A stretch of DNA of 50,610 bases from a virus (Duplodnaviria > Caudoviricetes): the IMG/VR virus record IMGVR_UViG_3300037258_000793, positions 1-50,610 of that record; one strand, 5' to 3'. The notes below the pieces were generated by a model. The model did not search any database. It was not told the origin of the DNA and saw only the letters and a list, made by a program, of their open reading frames with translations. The position numbers were made by a program, and so were the translations under genes. Each line of letters opens with the position of its first letter. Within the stretch, counting starts at the first letter, position 1. Shown here one piece after another: positions 34,480 to 41,986 of this stretch.

Positions 34480-34589
34480 GTAACCCGGCCTCACTCGGCT
34501 AACTACCTAACTCTCCCTGCTCAGCGGCGTCTACTGGATGATCTACCGGCGGGTTACGGATCTAACTCGGATCGGCCGACCTAACTCAC
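34480..34589 (+). repeat. clt-like cluster of imperfect direct repeats (consensus CTAACTCGG) just downstream of the traB-like gene
   Basis: GTAACCCGG 34480, CTCACTCGG 34490, CTAACTACC 34499, CTAACTCTC 34507, CTAACTCGG 34562, CTAACTCAC 34581. Confidence 0.62.
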
Positions 34590-36692
34590 GTCGGCCGGCT
34601 CGCGCGCTGCCATCGCGATCCGGATCGCGGCCGGGTCGACCGGGTACCGGTTGTTCGTCGACGGAACTTTCAGCCCGTACTCGTCGTCCAGCCGCGCCCT
34701 CAGGTCGGTGCCGGTCAGCCCGCGGTACGGCGGGTAGTTCGGCGCGAACACCTGCAGCCGCTTGGCCGCCTCGGCGACCGGTACCGGCTCGTCGCCGAGC
34801 ACCTCGGCCAGGTCGACGAGCAGATCCCGCCGCTCGGGCGCAGCAGCAGGCCGGGCGGTCGCCTTCGTGCGCGTGCCGTCCGCGACGACGTCCATGGCCC
34901 GCGCGATGACGTCGGTGGCGGCGTCGAACCCGGTGTCGTCGTTGACCTCGATGAAGAACCACTTCAGGATCTCGAACAGCTGATCCGACACGCCTGTGAT
35001 CAGCGACGTGCCGCGGTCGGTGCCCGGCCGCAGCTCGGTCGCCCGGATGCCGGCCGCAAACGACCCGTCACCGAGGAAGCCGTCGTTCGACCGCCAAGAC
35101 TTCACGTAGAAGCAGGCGTTGACGCTGACCAGCTCGACGATCTTGGGCGGGATCGCTTCCTTCCGGGCCGACTGGGTGTCGAACATCAGCGTGATGCCGG
35201 TCTTGCGGGCGCGCCGGATGGTGTTCGCGCCCATCTCCACGGCCTGCTCGCCGAACTCCGGGTGGCCGAACAGCTCGTGGCACTCGGAGAACAGCGCGAC
35301 GATCGGCCGCAGATCACTGCGCTCGGCGGCGATCTTGCGGGTCAACTTCTTCGCGCCGAGCTTGCGCAGCTCGTCCTCGCGCTTTTCGACCTCGGCGTAC
35401 AGGTCGACCATGGATTGCAGGCCTGCCGCGGTGACGTCGTCGGTCGCGCCGCGGTGGTAGCGGGCGAGGCGCGGTTCGAACGCGTCGAAGTCGCCGTTGT
35501 TGGCGAACACGTGCACCCACAGCTCGGCCAGCGGGTCCAGGGCGCAGCCGAGCATATAGACCCGGCACGCGTTGCTCTTGCCCTGGCCCATCTGTCCGCC
35601 GGCGACGGCGTTGGCGGCGTAGACGGGGGCGAGCAGCACGTCGCCGCGCGGGGTGATGCCGACCGGGACGCCGGCGAACACATCGGCGGTCCCGGTGTGC
35701 AGCAGCGGGTATTCGGGGGCGAGTCCGTCCAGGCTGCCGCGGTCGGCAACCCACACGTCGACGGCGCCCACCGGGCCGGTCTTGGCTTTGGCCGCGTCGG
35801 CCGGCCAGACCTCGACCTGCGATCGCATCAGGTTGCGGGCGAAGGTCTCGTTCACGTCGGCGATCATGGATGGGTTGACGCCGAGTGGCAGCTCGGCGAT
35901 GAAGCGGTAGCCTCTCCCCTCGCGCACGGGCGGCAGCGTGAACGCTGGCACCCAGCCGCTCTTGAATGCGGCGTTGAGCTTGGCGATGCCGAGGTGCTGG
36001 AGGGCCCGAACGACGCCGTCCGCGGTGACGATCAGCCCGGCGTTCTGCTGCTCGGGCTGGAGCTTGGCGACCCACTCTGTGCTGCTGATGGCGGCGTGGC
36101 GTCGGCCGAGGTTCCACAGCCACGCCAGCAGCCCGGCCGGGGCCGCCCACACGGCGAGCGCCATGGCGACGTCGACGGCGTCGGCGCACCAGCGGATGAC
36201 GTCGATAAGCGCCTTGAGCGGGCCGAGGACTTCGCGCGGCTGGTGGCTGGCCAGGGCGAGCAGGATGCCGAGGGCGAACAGGCCGGCCACGGTCAGCCCG
36301 GCGCCGACCAGGGCCGCTTTGGCGGCGTGGGGGGCGTGTCGGATCAGGTCCATGCGGCGCCGGTGGCGTTCCTGCCGCTGTTTGCGGGCGCGATCCTCCC
36401 ACTCCAGAACGCGCTCGTGGTCACCGGCCGCCTCGGCTGCGCGCATCATCCGCTCGTGGCGGGTGGTCGACCGGGAGTCGCGTGACCTGCGGGCTGCGAC
36501 GGACACGCCGAGGGCGACGTGGACGGCGTGCCGGGCCACGGTCTTGCTCGCCGGGTGGGTGACGACCCGGCGCACGAGCTGGCGGCGCGCGGGCGCGTCG
36601 GGAGTCAGTTCCGGGGCTGCTTCGGACGTAGCGGCTGGTGGTGCTGGGGGTGCGTCCGTCGGCGCGTCCGCGTCCGGGACGGTCTTCACCAT
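34581..36692 (-). CDS. FtsK/SpoIIIE-family DNA translocase, TraB-like
   Basis: N-terminal TM segments, Walker A GQMGQGKS, degenerate Walker B ALFSECHELF, RKTGITLMFDTQ motif, short C-terminal wHTH-like domain. Confidence 0.88.
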   Translation of the reverse strand: MVKTVPDADAPTDAPPAPPAATSEAAPELTPDAPARRQLVRRVVTHPASKTVARHAVHVALGVSVAARRSRDSRSTTRHERMMRAAEAAGDHERVLEWEDRARKQRQERHRRRMDLIRHAPHAAKAALVGAGLTVAGLFALGILLALASHQPREVLGPLKALIDVIRWCADAVDVAMALAVWAAPAGLLAWLWNLGRRHAAISSTEWVAKLQPEQQNAGLIVTADGVVRALQHLGIAKLNAAFKSGWVPAFTLPPVREGRGYRFIAELPLGVNPSMIADVNETFARNLMRSQVEVWPADAAKAKTGPVGAVDVWVADRGSLDGLAPEYPLLHTGTADVFAGVPVGITPRGDVLLAPVYAANAVAGGQMGQGKSNACRVYMLGCALDPLAELWVHVFANNGDFDAFEPRLARYHRGATDDVTAAGLQSMVDLYAEVEKREDELRKLGAKKLTRKIAAERSDLRPIVALFSECHELFGHPEFGEQAVEMGANTIRRARKTGITLMFDTQSARKEAIPPKIVELVSVNACFYVKSWRSNDGFLGDGSFAAGIRATELRPGTDRGTSLITGVSDQLFEILKWFFIEVNDDTGFDAATDVIARAMDVVADGTRTKATARPAAAPERRDLLVDLAEVLGDEPVPVAEAAKRLQVFAPNYPPYRGLTGTDLRARLDDEYGLKVPSTNNRYPVDPAAIRIAMAAREPADVS

Positions 36693-36709
36693 GCTCTCCT
36701 TCCGATTGG

Positions 36710-36955
36710 CTACGGCCGGCGGCGCAGTCGTCCGCCGCTGGCGGCGTGCTCGGCCTCGATACGTTGGGCGGCCTCGTAGCGGTCGCCTTCGCGTGCCTCC
36801 CGGCTGACCACATTGCCGCGCCTGTCGGTGACCGTGACCGTGTAGCGGCCCCGGCTGTCCGGCGCGCCGAATTCGACCTGGCCGTGTCCGCTGTCCAGCA
36901 CGATCGGCCGTTCGGCCTTGCGGTCGCCGCTGGCACTGTTGCCGAAGAGTCCCAT
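36710..36955 (-). CDS. Small hypothetical protein in the transfer operon
   Basis: ATG 36955 overlaps the upstream stop; RBS GGAGG. Confidence 0.7.
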   Translation of the reverse strand: MGLFGNSASGDRKAERPIVLDSGHGQVEFGAPDSRGRYTVTVTDRRGNVVSREAREGDRYEAAQRIEAEHAASGGRLRRRP

Positions 36956-37146
36956 CAGTGCCCTCCGTCGCTCTCGCGCTGGTCGACCGTGATCCATTCG
37001 ATGGCCGGGGAGCTGCCGAACGTGTCCTCGAGCTCGGCGGCGCGCTTCGCGGAGACGTCCGGGTGCTGCTGCGTCTGGCCGTTGGAGCGGATGGTCACGT
37101 CGAAGCGCGCACCGCTGTTGCTGTCGCCGACGGTGTCGTTGGGCAT
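36955..37146 (-). CDS. Small hypothetical protein in the transfer operon
   Basis: RBS GAGGT, ATG 37146; MPNDTVGDSNSGARFDVTI. Confidence 0.65.
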   Translation of the reverse strand: MPNDTVGDSNSGARFDVTIRSNGQTQQHPDVSAKRAAELEDTFGSSPAIEWITVDQRESDGGH

Positions 37147-37148
37147 GG

Positions 37149-37598
37149 TCAGTACCTCGTGTTCGTGGGGGTCGGGTTGCGGTGGCCGCGGATCTCGACC
37201 GCGACGACGAGTGCACACAGGACTGTGGCGAGGGCGGCCAGCGCGGTGATGGCCAGGGCGATGCGGGATCCGGTGGCCGCGGTGTCGAGCAGGCTGAGGG
37301 CCGAGCCGAAGAGGCCGGCCAACATCGCCGTCTGCGCCTCGGTGAACCGGCCGCAACGATGCGGCGGCCCGCCGCGGGTCGGCGCGGCCGGCGACGTGCC
37401 GGGCATCGTGACGTCGATGCCGGGATGCGCCGGCGCCGCGGTCGACCCGTGCAGGACGATCGGGCGCTCAGCGCGCGCGAAGTCGGCAGCCGCCCGGAAC
37501 AGTCCGGCGAGCTCGCCGACGTTGACCGTCTGGCTGGGCGTCGGTTCGGCCAGTTCGGCGGCCGTGACGACGCGCGCTGGCACTCTCGGCTCATTCAT
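37149..37598 (-). CDS. Spd-like two-TM membrane protein
   Basis: Pro-rich N-terminus plus two C-terminal hydrophobic helices; between DUF2637 and traB-like genes. Confidence 0.65.
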   Translation of the reverse strand: MNEPRVPARVVTAAELAEPTPSQTVNVGELAGLFRAAADFARAERPIVLHGSTAAPAHPGIDVTMPGTSPAAPTRGGPPHRCGRFTEAQTAMLAGLFGSALSLLDTAATGSRIALAITALAALATVLCALVVAVEIRGHRNPTPTNTRY

Positions 37599-38676
37599 CG
37601 GCGTTGTCCTTCGCGAGGTACCGGCCGATGGTCCGTTCGCTCACGCCGATGCGCTCGGCGATCTGGCGCTTGGTCCAGTCGGGATGGCGCGCCCGCAGGT
37701 CCCTCGCCCGGTCGGCCGGATTGCGGGGGCGACGTGCGGCGGGACGCTGGACGCTGTCCGGCTCGATGTCCTGGACGCTGTCCGGCGCGACGGTGGGCTC
37801 AGGGCGGCTTGATCGCGGGCGGCGGCGACCGGCCGGCTGCCAGCCGCGGTGTCGCGGTCGCTGTCTCGGCCGGTACCGCACACGGGGCAGGTCGCTCGGA
37901 GGAGCGGATCCGACGAGTGCGAGGGCCTGCTCGATGTCGTGCTCGGTGTCGTCGTCCGTGTCCGGCTCGCCGTCCGGTCCGGCCGCCGCCGTGGCGGTCG
38001 CGTAGACGTCGGCCGGGCCGACCTCGGCCAGGGCGATCTGCAGGCGCAGCAGCGGGCCGACACGCCACCGCCAGCCGCGGCCGTGCAGCGTCCGGGCCGC
38101 GGCGATCGCGCCGAGCCTCTGGCGCTCCATGTCCAGGGCCCGCGGGTAGGAGTTGATGCGCCACAGGACCATGCGGCGCCACAGCTTGAGCGTCGGCCAG
38201 GGCGAGACGAGCCAGCGGGAGGTGGGGATCGGTTCGCGGCGCGACCCGGTGGCCAGGTTCGTCTGGCGGCGCACGACGTGCCGCATCAGCTCGATGAACA
38301 CGACCCAGATGGACGGCATGAGCACGTGGGCGACGCGGCCGGGCAGGTTGCCGGTGGCGTTGAAGTTCAGGTAGACGGTGCCGGCGGTCGCGCCGTACAC
38401 GGTGAGGCGGGCGAGCGGGTGGGACATGTCGAGTCGGGCCAGGACGAGGTCGACGCCGGAGAAGACGAAGACGGTCAGGTCGACGACGATCGGCACGAGC
38501 CAGGACCAGCGGTATCCGAATGCGGGGATCATCTCGGTGGACACGGCGCGGAACGAGAGCACCATGCCGCCGACCGCGATCAGCGCGGCCATGACGCCGA
38601 TGGTGGCGGCGACGGTGGTCCAGCCGCCGCCGAGCGGTTCGACACGCCGGTGGTCCGTCTCGGCCGGGCCGCTCAC
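37591..38676 (-). CDS. DUF2637 / SpdA-SpdB2-like multi-TM protein with C-terminal HTH
   Basis: Four TMs (MVLSFRAV, WLVPIVVD, TVYLN), REPIPTSRWLVSPWPTLKLWRRMVLW, C-terminal TKRQIAERIGVSERTIGRYL. Confidence 0.82.
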   Translation of the reverse strand: MSGPAETDHRRVEPLGGGWTTVAATIGVMAALIAVGGMVLSFRAVSTEMIPAFGYRWSWLVPIVVDLTVFVFSGVDLVLARLDMSHPLARLTVYGATAGTVYLNFNATGNLPGRVAHVLMPSIWVVFIELMRHVVRRQTNLATGSRREPIPTSRWLVSPWPTLKLWRRMVLWRINSYPRALDMERQRLGAIAAARTLHGRGWRWRVGPLLRLQIALAEVGPADVYATATAAAGPDGEPDTDDDTEHDIEQALALVGSAPPSDLPRVRYRPRQRPRHRGWQPAGRRRPRSSRPEPTVAPDSVQDIEPDSVQRPAARRPRNPADRARDLRARHPDWTKRQIAERIGVSERTIGRYLAKDNADE

Positions 38677-38816
38677 CGTGCGGCCGTCCGGGCGTTGCGC
38701 AGCACGCAGACGGTGAGAGTGGCCACGAGGGCGCCGAGCACGGCGTTCGTGGCGGTCGGGTGGGTCAGGTAGCTCGCAGCGATCGCGACAGTCGCGAGGA
38801 GGCGTCGGGTAGCCAT
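38673..38816 (-). CDS. Small hydrophobic peptide, first gene of the transfer operon (not in ORF track)
   Basis: MATRRLLATVAIAASYLTHPTATNAVLGALVATLTVCVLRNARTAAR; stop overlaps the DUF2637 GTG; leaderless after -10-like TACACT. Confidence 0.6.
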   Translation of the reverse strand: MATRRLLATVAIAASYLTHPTATNAVLGALVATLTVCVLRNARTAAR

Positions 38817-38853
38817 GGCCCAAGTGTAATGAAATCCTTTACACTTGGGCCAT
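38815..38853. promoter_or_regulatory. Perfect 15-bp inverted-repeat operator between the transfer operon and the divergent HTH gene
   Basis: ATGGCCCAAGTGTAA-N9-TTACACTTGGGCCAT. Confidence 0.82.
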
Positions 38854-38869
38854 CCTTAGACTCTGGTCT

Positions 38870-39151
38870 GTGACTGATGAGGGAATTGAGGGCGCGGTGG
38901 AGGAGCTTCGGGCGATCACTGACCCGGTCGAACGCGCGCTGGCCGCCCACCGGTTGCAGGGGCGCATTTCGACGGCGCGCAGGGACGTGTCCGTGATCCG
39001 GACCGAGACGGTGCGGCAACTGCGCACGCGGGGCTGGTCGCATCAGCAGGTCGCGGATCTGCTGGGGATCTCGCGGGGGAACGCGCAGGGCATCGCTGAG
39101 GGCCGCGGCCTGAATGCGGACGCGCGCGACGCCGGACAGCCGGAGGACTAG
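38870..39151 (+). CDS. Small HTH regulator (candidate repressor of the transfer operon)
   Basis: GWSHQQVADLLGISRGNAQGI HTH; -10-like TAGACT just before GTG. Confidence 0.82.
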   Translation: MTDEGIEGAVEELRAITDPVERALAAHRLQGRISTARRDVSVIRTETVRQLRTRGWSHQQVADLLGISRGNAQGIAEGRGLNADARDAGQPED

Positions 39152-39618
39152 ACCGTCCAGGCCGGGTCGTAGTCCGGATGCTCGACGAACGGGGCGGCGA
39201 GGGCCAGGACGGCCACGGTGAGGGCTTCCTCGGCGCCCTGAACCCTCTGCGCGTCGAAGGCGTGGTAGCCGTCGCGGCGCACCTCCGCGATTCGTGTGCG
39301 GGCCCCTGCGTAGGCCTTGACGATGGCACGCTTGGCGGCGATGTCGGCTAGGACGCGGGCCGGATCCCAGTACGCCACGTGCCGCGTCGTCGATGCCGTC
39401 ATGCACAGCGTCGAGCTGCCTTCGCAGTCCCACAGTCCGATGCCGTCAGCGGCGATGACGAGGCCGAAGCCGTGCTCCCAGGCTCGTTCTGAGGCGCCGC
39501 GCTCGTTGCTGGCGTTGGCTGTCCATGGCGCCGGGTCAGCGGCCGCGGCTGCCTCGGCGAGCTGCTGCTCCTCGTCGTAGCGGGCGGTCAGGAACTCGAC
39601 GATGTCCACGTCAGCCAT
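39148..39618 (-). CDS. DUF6221-like protein
   Basis: DIVEFLTARYDEE...DPARVLADIAAKRAIV...LAAPFVEHPDYDPAW. Confidence 0.82.
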   Translation of the reverse strand: MADVDIVEFLTARYDEEQQLAEAAAAADPAPWTANASNERGASERAWEHGFGLVIAADGIGLWDCEGSSTLCMTASTTRHVAYWDPARVLADIAAKRAIVKAYAGARTRIAEVRRDGYHAFDAQRVQGAEEALTVAVLALAAPFVEHPDYDPAWTV

Positions 39619-40036
39619 TATCGCCGTTCCGCGGAGGCGCGGGGCGTAGCTCGGTGGCGCGCAGCGCGAAGTAGGCGGCGACCGGATCGGCCGGAAGCGG
39701 CTGGTCGGGCACCGGCATGACGGCGCCGGGGCGTGTCGGGTGCGGCTCGTTGTGGAAGGTGAGCGGCAGCTGGAACGAGGGTGCGAGGGGCGCCCCGTTG
39801 TCGGCGCTGGCGTCCCGCTTCGTGAGCCGGAAGCGCATGGCGTACGAGGCAGCGTCCAGGCCGGTCGTCAGTGTCCAGTCGCCTTCCTGGGCCTGGTTGA
39901 GTTCTTCGATGGTGATCTCGATCTGGCCTCCGAGGCGGTCGACGAGAACGGCGATGACGGCGTAGGCCTGCTTGATCTCGTCGCGCCGGTTGGCTTCGCG
40001 GTATGCGGCGGTCGCTGTTTCCTGGAGGAAGTCCAC
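39611..40036 (-). CDS. Hypothetical protein
   Basis: Operon continuity; VLVDRLGGQIEIT. Confidence 0.65.
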   Translation of the reverse strand: MDFLQETATAAYREANRRDEIKQAYAVIAVLVDRLGGQIEITIEELNQAQEGDWTLTTGLDAASYAMRFRLTKRDASADNGAPLAPSFQLPLTFHNEPHPTRPGAVMPVPDQPLPADPVAAYFALRATELRPAPPRNGDNG

Positions 40037-40037
40037 G

Positions 40038-40496
40038 TCAGCCGCCGTGTCCGTTGGCGCGTGGCTGGAAGATCGTGCCGTCCGGAAGCGCCAGTCCGCC
40101 GGTGCGTTGCGTGGCGAGCTCGGCCGGAGTGCCGATCTTGTGACGGCTCTCGCACAGGGCGTTGCCGCCGACGACGGTGCGCGCGGGCAGAACCGGCTGA
40201 GGCTCGGCGCCCGCCGTGTTGGCCTTGCGGGCTTCCTGGATGCAGCCGGCGCAGTAGAGCACGCCGAGCTGCGGCTGGCCGAGGCCGGTGCGGACGGTGG
40301 CGAGGTCGGTTTCGTGGCGGGCGTCGGCGAGTGCTTGGGCCCATTCGCTGGCGGGGTGTTCGTTGTAGTGCTCGCGGATGGCGGACTCGCTGGTGGGGTC
40401 GACGGTGCCGGTGTTGAGGTCGACGTCGATGGTGGTGGTCCAGTCGCAGTTGTCGAGCGCGCAGCCGACGGCGGTTGTGGTAGTGGGCTCCGGCAT
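40038..40496 (-). CDS. Hypothetical Cys/His-containing protein
   Basis: RBS AAGGA; CALDNCDW...H..EHP, CAGC, C..H. Confidence 0.7.
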   Translation of the reverse strand: MPEPTTTTAVGCALDNCDWTTTIDVDLNTGTVDPTSESAIREHYNEHPASEWAQALADARHETDLATVRTGLGQPQLGVLYCAGCIQEARKANTAGAEPQPVLPARTVVGGNALCESRHKIGTPAELATQRTGGLALPDGTIFQPRANGHGG

Positions 40497-40535
40497 CAGG
40501 GTCCTTCGAGGGCTTGAGGGGTGCTGGGGCGGTGG

Positions 40536-40571
40536 TTCCCCGCGCGTCGGGGGAAGACAACGCGCGGGGAA
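40536..40571. terminator. 12-bp hairpin after the DUF2829 gene
   Basis: TTCCCCGCGCGT-N12-ACGCGCGGGGAA. Confidence 0.55.
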
Positions 40572-40599
40572 GCCGGGTGTTCATTGCGGCGCCCGGCCG

Positions 40600-40872
40600 T
40601 CAGGTGACGATTTCCCAGTCGTCGGCGAGCACGTCGCTAACCGTCGGCGCCCACGGCACGAAGTCGTGCTGCGCCGTGCACAGCATCAGGTACGGCCAGA
40701 ACCGGCAGACGGTGCCCTGCGGGAGTCCGGTGGCCTGTGCCGTGTTGGCGTTGATCCCGATGCCGCCCGGGTAGCCCGGCTGGAGCGCGACGTACTGGCC
40801 GGCTGCGTTCCAGCCGGCGCGTTCGACGCGGTCGCCGCTCTTGAGTGCGGCGAGCGCCGCGCCGAAGTCCAT
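40600..40872 (-). CDS. DUF2829 / Tad2-like (Thoeris anti-defence 2 family) protein
   Basis: MDFGAALAALKSGDRVERAGWN...PWAPTVSDVLADDWEIV signature. Confidence 0.85.
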   Translation of the reverse strand: MDFGAALAALKSGDRVERAGWNAAGQYVALQPGYPGGIGINANTAQATGLPQGTVCRFWPYLMLCTAQHDFVPWAPTVSDVLADDWEIVT

Positions 40873-41393
40873 CAGGCGTTCGCGGGGGTGCTGCTCGTCG
40901 CGGCCGGGGCCACCGCGGCGGCCGACAGCGTGATGCTCGCCGGCGTCGAGTCGACGATGTCCAGCTCCAGCGTGCCGGTGACGCCGGTCGGGTCGGTCAC
41001 GGTGACGGTGACCGTGCCGACCGGCGCGTTGGCGAGCGTCGCGGTGAGCGTGGAGGGGTCGTCCGGATTGGCGGTGACGGTGCCGGCGGTCGCGGTCCAG
41101 GACAGCGTGTCCGGGACCGGCTGGCCCTCGGCGTTGTCGACGACGGCGGTCAGGGCGATGGTCTGTCCGGCGGGGATCTGCTGGTCGGCCACGATGGGTC
41201 GTCCTTCCAGGGTTGCGGTGATGGTGATGGTGGCGGCTTCGCAGGTGACGATGCCGCAGGTGCAGCCGTGGCCGAGGCCATGGGCTGTCGTCAGGAGCTC
41301 GGCCAGGTCGTGTTCGAGCTGGTCGACCTCGCGATGAATCTCTTCGAAATCCGCGTGGACGCGGCGCTTGAGGAGGCCGCGGATCCGGCCCAT
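40872..41393 (-). CDS. Protein with C-terminal Ig-like domain; internal start at 41192 likely
   Basis: ATG 41393; in-frame GAAGGA + GTG 41192 begins a Thr-rich beta-sandwich (LTAVVDNAEGQPVPDTLSWT). Confidence 0.65.
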   Translation of the reverse strand: MGRIRGLLKRRVHADFEEIHREVDQLEHDLAELLTTAHGLGHGCTCGIVTCEAATITITATLEGRPIVADQQIPAGQTIALTAVVDNAEGQPVPDTLSWTATAGTVTANPDDPSTLTATLANAPVGTVTVTVTDPTGVTGTLELDIVDSTPASITLSAAAVAPAATSSTPANA

Positions 41394-41500
41394 ACGGGCT
41401 TTGACCTGCCAGTGCGGGTACTGGCCGTTGCCGGTGGCGATGGCGTCGACGACGCGGCGCGTGACTTCGTCGGCGATGGCAGCGACGGGCAGCTCGACGA

Positions 41501-41764
41501 TCAGGGGTGGGTGTGCGCTTCCGGCGCCGGCGTAGGGTCCGCGGCCACCGCGGTGCCGGACAGCTCGTCCTCCAGCCAGCCGAGCAGCCCGGTGTGGTGG
41601 TCGGCCAGCAGCTGCTCGACCTTCGCCTTCAGCGCCGCGGCCTCCGACTCGGCGTAGGCCTTGAAGCGGGCGAGCAGGTCGGCCGCCTCGGGCTCGAGGG
41701 CCTTGACGACGGGTCCGGCCGCGGCCTCGACCGCGCCGACGATCGCCTGTTCGGTCATGATCAT
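41501..41764 (-). CDS. Small helical hypothetical protein
   Basis: RBS GGGAG; first gene downstream of the SOS box at 41803. Confidence 0.7.
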   Translation of the reverse strand: MIMTEQAIVGAVEAAAGPVVKALEPEAADLLARFKAYAESEAAALKAKVEQLLADHHTGLLGWLEDELSGTAVAADPTPAPEAHTHP

Positions 41765-41802
41765 GACTCCCTTGGTGGGTGATGGATCCACAGGCCAGCG
41801 TA

Positions 41803-41818
41803 TCGAACACCCGTTCGA
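41803..41818. promoter_or_regulatory. Perfect LexA/SOS box at an accessory operon promoter
   Basis: TCGAAC-ACCC-GTTCGA abutting the minus-strand -10-like TACGCT. Confidence 0.8.
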
Positions 41819-41986
41819 CAAGTCAGCAGGTCGGGTTGTCACCGGCATGCGGTTGCCACCCGCGCGCACGCGGCTGCGGCTCCGGGTGGGAGGCGTTGCT
41901 GGCCAGGGCGCGCCAGCCGTCCGGCGTGAGATAGACGGGCCGGCCGCAGCAGCAGCGGCGCCCGTTCGACGCGTCCGGGATGACCA

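Noticed and set aside
34581-39151. Independent AICE or plasmid inserted into the phage
   Set aside because: No second integrase, Rep protein or flanking att-like direct repeats were seen around the cassette; it appears to be a phage module.
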